From the NCBI GenBank assembly GCA_002269645.1, contig NIVC01000032.1, positions 992,001 through 1,056,000 on the forward strand: a stretch of 64,000 nucleotides of DNA, read 5' to 3'. Origin of the DNA: Macrostomum lignano. Taxonomy: Eukaryota. Shown in pieces: positions 36,441 through 49,389 of this stretch. Under the pieces are notes generated by a model. It saw nothing but the letters and a program-made list of their open reading frames with translations, was not told where the DNA came from and made no database searches. How positions within the stretch are numbered: the first letter of the stretch is position 1; the number at the start of each line of letters is the position of its first letter. The translations under genes and the position numbers were made by a program.

Positions 36441-36735
36441 TAGTGGTCAGAGCGTCGGACTCACGACTGAGAGGTCGAGGGTTCGATTCCCGATCCCACT
36501 GGAACAATTACACTTAACTCTGCATTGCTTCAGTTCATCCAGCTGTAAAATGGGTGCCAGCATTAGCTGGGGTAATTGAGGGTGTGTGTGGCGACCCCCC
36601 AGTCCTTGGGCTGAACAGCCTTACGCAGCCTTCAGATGCGCCGCGCAAATATAGCTGCGGCTGAGCTGTCGGTTGCACGTTTAATTTGCTCATTAGGGCA
36701 GGTGTAATCAATAAACTAATTACTAAATTATTACA
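36441..36735 (+). mobile_element. tRNA-derived CORE-type SINE, second copy (5'-clipped, short internal deletion)
   Basis: Collinear with 23911-24204; lacks the tgtgtccttgagcaaga segment. Confidence 0.85.
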
Positions 36736-38560
36736 TTTATTTATAACTCAAAACATCATGGAAGAAAATCAATGAAAACAATTTATAAGCTAGCTTTGAA
36801 ACTCGTGATAAATAAGAATACGAGTAAACAACTGCAGCAATACGACATTCGGGATTCTAGGGGCCAGCTATATATTATTCTTGCAGAAAATTCATTAAAT
36901 GCTGCAATTCTGTCCTCACTGCCCATACAGCAATCCGAAGTACGCGCGTACATTAGGCGGACGTCGTTAGCCGTCGATGTATTGTAAAGTGCACTCATCA
37001 TGAAAGGCTGCCTTTGTTGAAATTTTTCAGCTACCATTGTCTCCATGGTCTTAAATGGTACTCTGAGGTAAAATTGGATAATTATAGTGTATACGTTGTT
37101 CGTTCAAACGGCGAGATATCCAGCTGCTTTTTACCAATGCTGGCGCCAAGCTGGGAGTGTGACTTTATAAGGGCTATGGCCCAAAGACGCGCTCTCTGAC
37201 TTATTCCCCCTTCCTGGCCTATACTGTGTGGCTGGCGGGAGAAATATTTTGTTGTTGTTGTTGATGATGGCTTGCCTTCCAGAGTCCTCTCAGTGACACG
37301 AAGCACAGCCGCAGATAGGCAGAAAGATTTCGAGTCGGTATTTTTTATGTTGTCAACCAGATATTTTTTGAAACGGGTCACGCGGAGAGCAGTGTGATCG
37401 CTTGTACTCGTAGATTTGCATTTGGGAGACTCCCGTTGAAACCGATACCGTGACCAGAATCGCTAAGAGTCATTGCAAACTCTAATGCGACTCTGGGACG
37501 CCTCAAATATGACTCTACGGCCCCAGAGTCACTAGAGTCGCGCCAGAATCGTTTCAGAGTTGCAGACAATAAAACGCTTTAAAGTGATTCTGGGGCGACT
37601 CTGATGACTTGTACTGTGACATCTCGTCGCTTTAGAATCATCGGGGCTAATTGAAGTCTTGCAATGCGGCTTCATTTGGATTGGACATACGCTTAGACCA
37701 GTCCACTGACTAACTTCTTCACCAGAATCATATGCTGTCCAAGTTGATGCAGAAACTCAATCAATCTCATTTTCATTTCTAAACCGCTATCGTTTTTGTA
37801 AATCTAGTTAATATTTAAGGAATTCAGTTTACGAAAGAACTTTCGTATTTTGGCTTTGTAAAAGGTCTTGGCCATAGACGTCTTGGCGCTAGAGAACGCA
37901 TTAGAGCAAGTTCGATGAAAATTGGTTGATCCGTTTTTGCTAAAAATCGATTACATACCTAGATAGATACCTACCTGCCGACAGACCATTTTTAGTAAAT
38001 GGATTTAAGGGAGCCATTGAATAGCTGAGGCCCATAAACTCTGCCATAGTGTTCTTTAATTGAGTTTAATTGTAACTTGATTTACAAAAGCAATAATCTC
38101 ATTTTCTAAAATCTGGCGTCGTACTCTGGCTTGGACTCAATGAAACAAAAAACACATAAATGATGCAAACAATTAATAGACAATATTTTCATAGCAGAAG
38201 CTGTTCCAGCCAAACAAATAATTGATTTATTGATTTACGAATGACGCTGTGTAAACAAAAAGATCGATAACGAAGCTTACATGCTACATACATAGGTGAG
38301 GTGCCACGTAAAAATACGTAAGTTACATTTAAAGAGCCAGTTTTGGTTAGAACATGCTTATTAGTCAAAGTTTGAGTTCAATACAAAGATAAATATTTAA
38401 ATGAAACTACATTGAGAAGGATCTCTTGAAGGGTGATAGTGATATTTAAAGATAACGATGTTTCGAATCATCACTTTTGAATAAAAGAATCTTTATTAAA
38501 TGGAAAAATGTTGTCGATTTTAAATGACACCACATTCTGCTTGTGGCTGCTTCCATATTA

Positions 38561-39112
38561 ATAAAGGTCAATATCAACATTAAGTATTAGTTATTTATTT
38601 GAGTTGCCGATGCATTTCGTCCAAATTGGACATCTTCAGGGTCGAAATTTATTTGAACCAAATTATTTAACGCAAACAGTATATATAGTGAGTGGAGAGA
38701 AGTATGAAAATACATGTAATTTTGATGGTTGAAAAACTTGTACATATGAATCGAAAGTAGAAGCATTATTGGTAGGGGAGAGTGCATGTCGGTTTCATTC
38801 GAGTCCAGCTATTAGCAAGGTAAACTAAAATATGACGGCTAGCCCCACCCATCGCGAGTTGATTATTTAACGTAGGCTGTCTCGTTTTAATGTACTGCAG
38901 GGCTTCTAATAGACAGAGCATGTGATCTCTATTGCAAAAATCAATAGCCCTAGTCATCTCGTGTGGGTCAGCGTCACAACTGTTGCAAGTCAACACCTAC
39001 ATCGAATCAATGGTTCAAATAAATTTCGACCCTGAAGATGTCCAATATTGGACGAAATGCATCGGCAACTCAAATAAATAACTATTACTTAATGTTGATA
39101 ATGACCTTTTAT
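38561..39112. mobile_element. MITE/foldback-like element with ~100-bp terminal inverted repeats
   Basis: 38561-38660 is the reverse complement of 39011-39112 with only a few differences; ~350-bp spacer. Confidence 0.8.
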
Positions 39113-39393
39113 TTATCTGCTTCTATATTGCTTTGGGATCGTGTCAGAATTTTCCAGACAAATCGCGTACATTGCAGCCAAGAACAGTTGCAGTAAATGA
39201 GTTGCATTGACATTTAAATACGATTTATTATATTTAAAAATAGTTAATTTGAAACAGAATATTGAGATTATATCTTGAAAATTACTTAGTATTGAATTTT
39301 TAAAAAGAATTTCAAAGACGAGACGAAACCACACGATGGACACCCGGATGAAACTTCACTTCATCCTAACACGAACGTCATCGAGTTGACTTC

Positions 39394-39805
39394 TCAATCG
39401 TCGCATGTCACATGCGCAAACAGGTAGGACATGCTCTCGTTGTTCTGAATCCGTCGAATGGCCTCAGCGATGAGAACCGAGACATCGACAGTTTTAATTT
39501 TGTGGCACTGCATCTTCTGCACCTCGTGCGGTACAGTGTTGGTCACTACCACTTCGTTAATGTCCGACGCTTCAATTTTTGTAGCCGCATCGGCGCTCAA
39601 CAAACCATGCGTTGCCATGACAATGACGCGGAAAGCGCCGCGTTCCTTCAGTTCCGTAGCCGCAGCGGCGAACTGTTCAACATCGTCGATCATGTCGTCA
39701 ATGATGATGGCGATCCGGCCGGAGACATCGCCAACGAGATGCATCGGGCCTTTCTCTTTGGCCATCAGAGGCGGGAAATAGTTCATGCCCTGGTACTGGC
39801 CGGGC
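39394..39805 (-). CDS. PRPSAP: PRPP synthetase-associated protein, last exon
   Basis: [26 protein letters not shown] (PRPSAP-type, lacking the catalytic PRPS DDMADTCGT loop) ...[15 protein letters not shown]; acceptor ttttgtcaag. Confidence 0.93.
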
Positions 39806-39996
39806 CTTGACAAAAACAACACAGAAAAAAACAAACCAATATTAAAGTTTTTGTTATAATCGAATTTGTTATACCTATCAGTAGTGCACTGCAAAACCTT
39901 TCAATTGCACTTTTTATAGAAACTTCTTGGTAGTCACTTCAAAGCATTTCCCTACATCAAAGGATAATATTTTTAAAGTCAAGTTATAAGACTCAC

Positions 39997-40029
39997 CTGG
40001 AATAGCGTGCACTGTCTAGTCGGGAGCGC
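39997..40029 (-). CDS. PRPSAP: PRPSAP 33-nt microexon (RSRLDSARYS)
   Basis: Acceptor tcctattccag, donor AG|gtgagt, phase 2/2, in frame with both neighbours. Confidence 0.75.
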
Positions 40030-41159
40030 CTGGAATAGGATAGATCAAGTTGATGAACTTAACAACCTACATTTATCAGGATAATGGTGTCACAGCAACA
40101 TTAGTATGGTACGAAGGTTGGGCAGATACTCCTCATTAGGCTATTGTCCGAAAGATGCTTCTATGCTTCAATCAATCTGACAGTTGTCACATTCGAAATG
40201 AAAACATTCGCTGCTCAAACTAAGTATTAGTTGGTGAAATAATGGTTTATACCAGCAGAAAGTTTCTTACCATTTTTGAAAACCAGAATGGATGCTGGTT
40301 AAAAGAAAGGCTTGACTTATTACATTTAATTTTTTTACAACAATCTACTATTGTGGTAATTAGTTTTCAACAGTCGGGTAATGCAACCGCAAGCGCGAGT
40401 AGACTATTAAAGATGTGAGTAGAATTGTGAACACTGGTTAGCTGGATGTCTCACTCAAGTACTCTTAGGATGGGACACAATGTTCATCTTTTGAGATGTC
40501 TTGCCTTTTCTTATAGCCCTATTGATATTCATAGAGCTTTTTGTATAGAAAATTAGGATTCTATGTTAATTTTACATTCTACGTACATGTCCTGTGCCTA
40601 AAATCATGAAATAAAAATGGCACAGCACGACTAATAGGTTTTTCGATTCTATATTATCATTCCGTTACACATTTTGTTGCACAGTCATTAGAATAATGAC
40701 AAAAAAGATTAATAAAACCAATGAGTCGAGTTGCGTCATTATTATAATTTTTAGACACACTATACATGTATTAATGTATGTAGAAGAACGAAAAGTCTAT
40801 AAATATCAGTAGATCTATAAGAAAGACAAGACATCAAAAGATTAACATTGGGTCTGCCTCCTATCAATAGCAATTACAAATTTTGTGCTGAAAAATGAAA
40901 ACCTCCAATCTTTGTAGTGTGTTTTCCTGGTAAAACCGGCCTTCTTAAGTTTTCCAAGACTAAAACTTTCTTTAGACACTGACTAAAACCAAGCTGACAG
41001 TCGAGCACAGCCAGCAGACGACGCAAAATAAATGCACATTCGCAACAGGGCCATGGGGCAACCCTGAAGCAAAGCCTTCGGCGACATTCCAACCAGTTCC
41101 GAGGCAAATACGAGCGTAAGAGCGAGCCAGTACTCACAGTGGGTGCACACACTGACCTA

Positions 41160-41370
41160 ACCGTCGGGCATGTACATTCTGAGCCTTGGGGGGTTGAGTC
41201 ATCGTGCTCAACCCTCAACTCTGATTTGTCATTCTTTCGATCTTTGTTGGCGGTTGTACCAAAAAACTGGCCAGTAGGTGGTTTGTCGTTCAATTCCCAC
41301 CTATGAGGGCCAACCCCCAAGTCACAGAGAGTGTACATGCCTGATGATGAAAAGTCAGGGCCTGCATGCA
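41160..41370. mobile_element. Two back-to-back fragments of SINE family 2 in a PRPSAP intron
   Basis: Minus-strand ccccccaaggctcagaatgtacatgcc (~41167-41195) and plus-strand ccaacccccaagtcacagagagtgtacatgcc...agtcagggcc (~41310-41362). Confidence 0.55.
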
Positions 41371-42214
41371 GTATTGGTGCGCTTGTTCTTATTCTTTCTT
41401 TCTTCTTTCGCCTAGGCCCGAGATGAAAAAGTAATTCGCATTTCGAAATAGATTTTAAGTTAAGCGGGGTCAGTTGCGGTTAGTACGCAGCTTATGAATT
41501 CAAATTTTACTAGATCTCGAAGGTTTTTTCAATGAATATTAATTTCGAGCTATCCTACAGTCTTAACAACCGTTATTTCTCGCAAAGTAGTTCCGGAAAC
41601 TGGGGGTTATCGGCAAGATGCTTTCTATCACGCGTGTAGTTGAAAAAACATTTTTATAAAAGAGTTTTCTTTACCGCTGTTGAGGCGGTTCCCACTGTTG
41701 CAGGTCTGGGTAGCTGCAATTTAGTAGTCAGTTTAGAAAATTGCATTCGTAGGGTTGTTAGTCGAATGTTAAATGTTAGGAGATGCGGTGGACGGACACG
41801 TCGTCAAAAACCTTTTCATCAAACAGTCATTTGGTCAACTCATCAAACGGCGGAAAGCAGACATTTAGATAGTAGAATTTTGTACGTCGAATGTGCGTAT
41901 TTTTTCTTAGAAACTTCTTCTTTAAAAACTAAAATTAAAGTTACTTTTCACTTACTTAAGATCACTTGTCTACTTAAGATTAAGATAACTTGTCTACTTT
42001 CCCATTTGACGAAAAGGCTTTTGACAAAATTATGTTCTGGAACCGGAGATAGCACTTAAGAGTGTGATTCTCTATGAATCAATCTCTATTGAAAAGTCAA
42101 TCTTCAGTTTCTTTTAGCAGTCGGAATTTCGACCATGGATCCTGCCCTATACCGATGCATAGTACCGTCAATACTGTCCTGCGATTAGGGCATTGAACTG
42201 GACCCGTTATGGCT

Positions 42215-42655
42215 CAAATCTGGGTCAAGCATCACAATGTACTTTGGGTCAAGCATAGAGATCGACTTTGGGTCAAGCATAGGGATCTATTTTGTGTCAA
42301 GCACAGGGATCTACTTTGGGTCAAGTATAGGGATCTACTTTGGGTCAAGCATAGCGATCTACTTTGGGTCAAGCATAGAGATCTACTTTGGGTCAAGCAA
42401 AGCGATCTACTTTGGGTCAAGCATAGGGATCTACTTTGGGTCAAGTATAGAAATCTATTTTGGGTCAAGCATAGGGATCTTCTTTGGGTCAAGCATAGGG
42501 ATCTACTTTGGGTCAAGCATAGGGATTTACTTTGGGTCAAGCACAGGGATCTATACTTTGGGTCAAGCATAGGGACCTACTTTGGGTCAAGAATAGGGAT
42601 CTACTTTGGGTCAAGCACAGGGATCTACTTTGGGTCAAGCATAGAGATCTACTTT
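42215..42655. repeat. 24-bp minisatellite (gggtcaagcatagggatctacttt)n, same family as 47485-48930
   Basis: Directly visible. Confidence 0.95.
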
Positions 42656-42830
42656 TTCCCAGGAAATTGGCCTCCAAAAAACTACACGATCTTTGAGTTT
42701 AAGGTCCTACTATATTTACAGTGGTCCTTGATGAAACCAAGTAGTTCAGTCGTTTTACTGCTTAGCAAAAGAAGCGGCATAGTCTCTCTAAGAGCTATGC
42801 TATGGAAATTTTAATCTGCAGAATAATCAC

Positions 42831-43675
42831 CTGCTCTTTTCATCTCCAGAGGTTCGCCCGCCTTCGACTGGGACGGCACTGTCGCCGCCGCCAGACAGCT
42901 GCAACGGCGGCGGCGAATTCCTACCATCGGATCGTTCGGATTCCGAGTGCTCTTCGCCGTGAATGACAGCCAATGGCAGGCGGAGCCGTTCGGAATAAGA
43001 CGTAGCTCTCTGCATAGCGGCGGCATTCCTGGCTACTATCACTGCATTCCGATAGTCCGACACGTTACTGGTCACGTACTGGATGAGGAAGGACGATGCG
43101 CGCAAATTATCAACTGGAACATTGTAGAAGCCTTGAATCTCTTTCTTATGCAAGTCGATTGTGATCATACGATTCAAGCCTGTCCGGCAGAATAGCCTAG
43201 CCAATAAATGGCTAACAATTGAGCCTCGTTTGCGCATCTTACTCTGCTTACAGTAGGGCAGATAGGGCATTATAACATTAATAGTTCGAGCGTCAGAAGT
43301 TTTGCATGCGTACATCATCACTAGTAGTTCCATAATGTCGTTATTGACATTCTTAGTGCCAGTCTGTATAATGTAGACATCGCGACTGCGAACTGTTTCG
43401 TTAATCTCTACGCCAGTCTCATTGTTGCTCTTCGGACCGACAGACACGCTGCCCAATGGTACGGATAGATATTTAGCTACTAGCTTAGCAAATTCCGGAT
43501 GAGAATTGCCAGCTATAAGTACCATGCCTTTGCTAGGCAAACTCTGAGCGATGCCCTCATTCATGACTGGCAATTTATTGGCTTTATCTTCTTTGCTGTT
43601 AACAGACTGGTCTTCTGCTTCGCTAAATAAGGGTTCGCGACTGCGCTGACTTGGCGGTGTTGAAGAGTCGGACAT
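42831..43675 (-). CDS. PRPSAP: PRPP synthetase-associated protein, exon 1 (845 nt)
   Basis: MVLIAGNSHPE, ELLVMMYACKTS, PYLPYCKQSKMRKRGSI, DLHKKEIQGFY..PVDNLRAS, IHGE...SDGRNSPP (PRPSAP insert); donor AG|gtgatt. The three exons total 1290 nt = 429 aa plus stop. Confidence 0.95.
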
Positions 43676-43939
43676 GCAAATATTAACAAGAATGCTTTCA
43701 ATATAATTACGCGATTAAATAGAGCCTGGAAACTCCAAGAAACGTTGTAACTGACTGTAAGGCGATTCCTAGAAAACTATTACCAAGCTGATTTTTTAAA
43801 ATGCAATTAACGATGAGTTTTTAGTATAAGATGGATAAGGTTTAATACAGACAGCTAATTCATAAAAGAATTGCAGAAATTGGGTTAAAGTCATTCTTAC
43901 AAATTGACTAGAGGGTTTTTGAAAAAAGGAAAATATTCT

Positions 43940-44970
43940 TAGAAATGGGATTTATAGAAATGAGATTCTTAGAAATGAGCTTCCAAGAAATGAGATTCTT
44001 AGAAATAAGCTTCCAAGAAATGAGATTCCTTGAAATGAGCTTCCAAGCAATGAGATTCTTAGAAAAAGGCTTCCAAGAAGTGGGATTCTTAGAAATGAGC
44101 TTCCAAGAAATGAGATTCTTAGAAATAAGCTTCCAAGAAGTGAGATTCTTAGAAATGAGCTTCTAAGAAATGAGATTCTTAGAAAAAGGCTTCCAAGAAG
44201 TGGGATTCTTAGAAATGAGCTTCCAAGAAATGAGATTCTTAGAAATAAACTTCCAAGAAGTGGGATTCTTAGAAATGAGCTTCCAAGAAATGAGATTCTT
44301 AGAAAGAGGCTTCCAAGAAGTGGGATTCTTAGAAATGAGCTTCTAAGAAATGAGATTCTTAGAAATAAGCTTCCAAGAAGTGAGATTATTTGAAATGAGC
44401 TTCCAAGAAATGAGATTCTTAGAAAAAGGCTTCCAAGAAGTGGGATTCTTAGAAATGAGCTTCCAAGAAATGAGATTCTTAGAAATAAACTTCCAAGAAG
44501 TGGGATTCTTAGAAATGAGCTTCCAAGAAATGAGATTCTTAGAAAAAGGCTTCCAAGAAGTGGGATTCTTAGAAATGAGCTTCCAAGAAATGAGATTCTT
44601 AGAAATAAGCTTCCAAGAAGTGAGATTCTTTGAAATGAGCTTCCAAGAAATGAGATTCTTAGAAAAAGGCTTCCAAGAAGTGGGATTCTTAGAAATGAGC
44701 TTCCAAGAAATGAGATTCTTAGAAAAAGGCTTCCAAGAAGTGGGATTCTTAGAAATGAGCTTCCAAGAAATGAGATTCTTAGAAAAAGGCTTCCAAGAAG
44801 TGGGATTCTTAGAAATGAGCTTCCAAGAAATGAGATTCTTAGAAATAAGCTTCCAAGAAGTGAGATTCTTAGAAATGAGCTTCCAAGAAATGAGATTTTT
44901 TAAAATGAGCTTCCAAGAAATGAGATTCTTAGAAATAAGATTCTTAGAAATAAGATTCTTAGAAATAAGA
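43940..44970. repeat. 30-bp minisatellite (ttccaagaaatgagattcttagaaatgagc)n with alternating 60-bp dimer
   Basis: Directly visible; the 44350 ORF is a translation of this repeat. Confidence 0.96.
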
Positions 44971-45699
44971 AAAATGCTTAGGAATTAGAATCTTATTAAA
45001 AATGAACGTTTTAAAAATGGGATTCCTATAAATGACACATATGATTGGGTAACACTTAACTTTTAGAAAATAAAAAATAAAAGACTAACACATTTCTTGA
45101 ATTTGATCTGTCTAGAAATCGTACTAGAAATTTATTTAAAAATTAAATATAACATCTAGTTAATATAAGTACCACTACTGGAATATTATAGTTATACATT
45201 TATGGAGTAAAATTAATTTTAATTCTATTAAATCCATTAATGGAGTTTAAATAAAACAATTAAACATTAAACATTAAACAACTCCATTTGTAATAGCAGT
45301 AAAATGCTTCATAAATAACTATTGCAAAGTCTTTACATAAAATAAAATATCTTAATTTAGGATTCACAATGTATATATAGAAATGAAAAATGAATAATTG
45401 TAAAAAAGAGGAACTAAAATGAGGAACTAAAGCATCACATCAAATAAACTGCTATAGAACACAACCATATACCACAGAAGGAATTATAAATGGCTTGTAA
45501 CGGAGCAAAAACGTCGCAGTTGGTCATTATTTATGTAGGGAACAATAAAAAGTATACTATAAAATATATATCCTATTTTATTCTTGTGATAATATCATCA
45601 ACAATTGCAAAAAAACTTTACTGATATTGAGAATTTAAACAAAAATAAAGGAAAAATATCTTTTTAAAATCTAGATACCCTTATGGTCGACTTTATAGG

Positions 45700-47125
45700 C
45701 GATAATCTAGGGTGATTCTCAGAGTAGACGATAATCTGGAGCGATTCTCAGAGTAGGCGATAATCTAGGGGGATTCTCAGAGTAGACGATAATCTGGAGC
45801 GATTCTCAGAGTAGGCGATAATCTAGGGGGATTCTCAGAGTAGACGATAATCTGGAGCGATTCTCAGAGTAGGCGATAATCTAGGGGGATTCCCAGAAGA
45901 GGCGATAATCTGGGGGGATTCCCAGAGTAGGCGATAATCTGGGGCGATTCTCAGAGTAGGCGATAATCTAGGAGGATTCTCGGAGTAGGCGATAATCTGG
46001 GGCGATTCCCAGAGTAGGCGATAATCTAGGGGGATTCTCAGAAGAGGCGATAATCTGGGGGGATTCCCAGAGTAGGCGATAATCTGGGGCGATTCTCAGA
46101 GTAGGCGATAATCTAGGAGGATTCTCGGAGTAGGCGATAATCTGGGGCGATTCCCAGAGTAGGCGATAATCTAGGGGGATTCTCAGAGTAGGCGATAATC
46201 TAGGGGGATTCTCGGAGTAGGCGATAATCTAGGGGGATTCTCAGAGTAGGCGATAATCTAGGGGGATTCTCGGAGTAGGCGATAATCTAGGAGGATTCTC
46301 GGAGTAGGCGATAATCTGGGGCGATTCTCAGAGTAGGCGATAATCTAGGAGGATTCTCGGAGTAGGCGACAATCTGGGGCGATTCTCAGAGTAGGCGATA
46401 ATCTAGGGGGATTCCCAGAAGAGGCGATAATCTGGGGGGATTCCCAGAGTAGGCGATAATCTGGGGCGATTCTCAGAGTAGGCGATAATCTAGGAGGATT
46501 CTCGGAGTAGGCGATAATCTGGGGCGATTCCCAGAGTAGGCGATAATCTAGGGGGATTCTCAGAGTAGGCGATAATCTAGGGGGATTCTCGGAGTAGGCG
46601 ATAATCTAGGGGGATTCTCAGAGTAGGCGATAATCTAGGGGGATTCTCGGAGTAGGCGATAATCTAGGAGGATTCTCGGAGTAGGCGATAATCTGGGGCG
46701 ATTCTCAGAGTAGGCGATAATCTAGGAGGATTCTCGGAGTAGGCGACAATCTGGGGCGATTCTCAGAGTAGGCGATAATCTAGGGGGATTCCCAGAAGAG
46801 GCGATAATCTGGGGGGATTCCCAGAGTAGGCGATAATCTAGGGGGATTCCCAGAGTAGGCGATAATCTAGGAGGATACTCGGAGTAGGCGATAATCTGGG
46901 GCGATTCTCAGAGTAGGCGATAATCTAGGGGGATTCCCAGAAGAGGCGATAATCTAGAGGGATTCCCAGAGTAGGCGATAATCTGGGGCGATTCTCATAC
47001 TCGGCGATAATCTGGGGCGATTCTCATACTCGGCGATAATTTGGGGCGATTCTCATACTCGGCGATAATCTGGGGCGATTCTCATACTCGGCGATAATCT
47101 GGGGCAATTCTCATAGGCGATTTTC
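45700..47125. repeat. 28-29-bp minisatellite (gattctcagagtaggcgataatctagggg)n
   Basis: Directly visible; lies just 3' of the copine stop codon. Confidence 0.96.
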
Positions 47126-47173
47126 AAGCTGGGCGACACTACCGCAAAAGTTGCTACCTGGCTAATCTCAAAC

Positions 47174-47443
47174 TCAACCGCTAGCAGGTTTCAGATAGCC
47201 CTGGCGAACAATAGACTTGTACTGGTCGGGTATTTCCATCAGGCAGTGCAGCGCCAGCGACTGGTCGGCATTCTTAGCCTTGGCCGTCACCCGGTGATAG
47301 TCCACAAACTGAAAGTTGTCAAATTTCCGACGAATCAAACTGTCGTCAAATTCGCACATGTCGTGGAACGGACCGTCGCCTACTCCAATTACCACTATGC
47401 TCAGTGGGTGGTCCGAGGCGTCCACGATTGCGTCGATACTGTC
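47174..47443 (-). CDS. Copine/RGLG-type vWA protein, last exon
   Basis: DSIDAIVDASDHPLSIVVIGVGDGPF...FDNFQFV...ALHCLMEIPDQY are copine C-terminal motifs; acceptor aatcgcag, phase 0. Confidence 0.93.
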   Translation of the reverse strand, partial: DSIDAIVDASDHPLSIVVIGVGDGPFHDMCEFDDSLIRRKFDNFQFVDYHRVTAKAKNADQSLALHCLMEIPDQYKSIVRQGYLKPASG

Positions 47444-47484
47444 CTGCGATTGGGGGCATTGGATTGGGTCCGTTATTGGTCAAA

Positions 47485-48930
47485 TCTGGGTCAAGCAGAG
47501 ACCTACTTTGGGTCAAGTTTAGTAAAATCTACTTTGGGTCTAGATTTCAATAGAAATCCACTATGGGTCATTACTTTGAGTCACGCAGAGAGATCTACTT
47601 TAGGTCAAGCTAAGGGTTCTCCTTTGGGTCAAGTATAGAGATCTACTTTGGGTCAAGTATAGAAATCTCCTTTGGGTCAAGCATAGGGATCTATACTGGG
47701 TCAAGCATAGAGTTCTCTTTTGGGTCAAGTATAGAGATCTATACTGGGTCAAGCATAGAGTTCTCTTTTGGGTCAAGTATAGAGATCTACTTTGGGTCAA
47801 GTATAGAAATCTCCTTTAAGTCAAGTATATAAATCTCCTTTAGGTCAAGCAGAGATCTCCTTTGGGTCAAGCATAGGGATCTATACTGGGTCAAGCATAG
47901 AGTTCTCCTTTGGGTCAAGTATAGAGATCTACTTTGGGTCAAGTATAGAAATCTCCTTTGGGTCAAGTATAGAAATCTCCTTTGGGTCAAGCAGAAATCT
48001 CCTTTGGGTCAAGCATAGGGATCTATACTGGGTCAAGCATAGGGATCTATACTGGGTCAAGCATAGGGATCTATACTGGGTCAAGCATAGGGATCTATAC
48101 TGGGTCAAGCATAGGGATCTATACTGGGTCAAGCATAGGGATCTATACTGGGTCAAGCATAGGGATCTATACTGGGTCAAGCATAGGGATCTATACTGGG
48201 TCAAGCATAGGGATCTATACTGGGTCAAGCATAGGGATCTATACTGGGTCAAGCATAGGGATCTATACTGGGTCAAGCATAGGGATCTATACTGGGTCAA
48301 GCATAGGGATCTATACTGGGTCAAGCATAGGGATCTATACTGGGTCAAGCATAGGGATCTATACTGGGTCAAGCATAGAGATCTCCTTTGGGTCAAGCAT
48401 AGGGATCTATACTGGGTCAAGCATAGGGATCTATACTGGGTCAAGCATAGGGATCTATACTGGGTCAAGCATAGGGATCTATACTGGGTCAAGCATAGGG
48501 ATCTATACTGGGTCAAGCATAGGGATCTATACTGGGTCAAGCATAGGGATCTATACTGGGTCAAGCATAGGGATCTATACTGGGTCAAGCATAGGGATCT
48601 ATACTGGGTCAAGCATAGGGATCTATACTGGGTCAAGCATAGGGATCTATACTGGGTCAAGCATAGGGATCTATACTGGGTCAAGCATAGAGATCTATAC
48701 TGGGTCAAGCATAGAGATCTCCTTTGGGTCAAGCATAGGGATCTATACTGGCTCAAGCATAGAGATCTATACTGGGTCAAGCATAGAGATCTCCTTTGGG
48801 TCAAGCATAGGGATCTATACTGGCTCAAGCATAGAGATCTCCTTTGGGTCAAGCATAGGGATCTACTTTGGGTCAAGCATATAAATCTACACCGGATCAA
48901 GCACAGAAATCTACTTTGGGTCAAGCATGA
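47485..48930. repeat. 24-bp minisatellite (gggtcaagcatagggatctatact)n filling copine intron 2
   Basis: About 60 units with a homogeneous core. Confidence 0.97.
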
Positions 48931-48975
48931 TCTACTTTATGTCAAATAGAGATCTAATCTGTGAACATGAAGTAC

Positions 48976-49389
48976 CTGCGGGTTGCCGCTCAACTGCCCG
49001 TCAGTGATAATGACCAGCACGTGATAGTCACCGCCAGACTGACGCACTAGATCAACGCTGCGCCTTATAACGCCAGCCAAGTCGGTGGGCCCGCCCAATG
49101 ACAGACTGCAGGCCAGCTTATTATAGGCGGTTAGCAGTTCGCGCAGATTACGGAATTGCGACCGATTAGCAAACTGGGCGATACCGCACTCGCTAGCCAG
49201 ATTGAACACGGATGAAGTCGGAGCGTCTGTCGACGTTGCGTCGTGGCCAAAGCCGAGACCGTAGATTCCCGCCCCGGGCGGCACAAATGCTGACAGAGTC
49301 TGATCAAGGACGCTGATCACTCTCTGATAGGGATTCCATTGTTTGCTCACTGACGAGCCCAGAATGCCAGACACCGCCGTGGTTGTTAT
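48976..49389 (-). CDS. Copine/RGLG-type vWA protein, middle exon
   Basis: NPYQRVI, GFG, LGGPTDLAGVI, YHVLVIITDGQ; acceptor caccgcacag, donor CAG|gtactt, phase 0/0. Confidence 0.92.

Noticed and set aside
36783-37569. Three staggered minus-strand ORFs downstream of ANKS1
   Set aside because: Possibly a decayed transposon gene, but I could not match any motif or splice them coherently.
40874-41338. 154-aa minus-strand ORF in the PRPSAP intron
   Set aside because: It overlaps SINE family 2 fragments, has no domain similarity, and is not needed for the PRPSAP frame.
39412-43195. Plus-strand ORFs 39412, 39458 and 42947, and alternative frames over copine, FAIM and PARP exons
   Set aside because: Antisense or shifted-frame shadows of well-supported coding exons.
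39394-43675. Calling the gene a catalytic PRPS1/PRPS2
   Set aside because: The PRPP-binding loop reads [10 protein letters not shown] rather than DDMADTCGT, and the PRPSAP insert is present.
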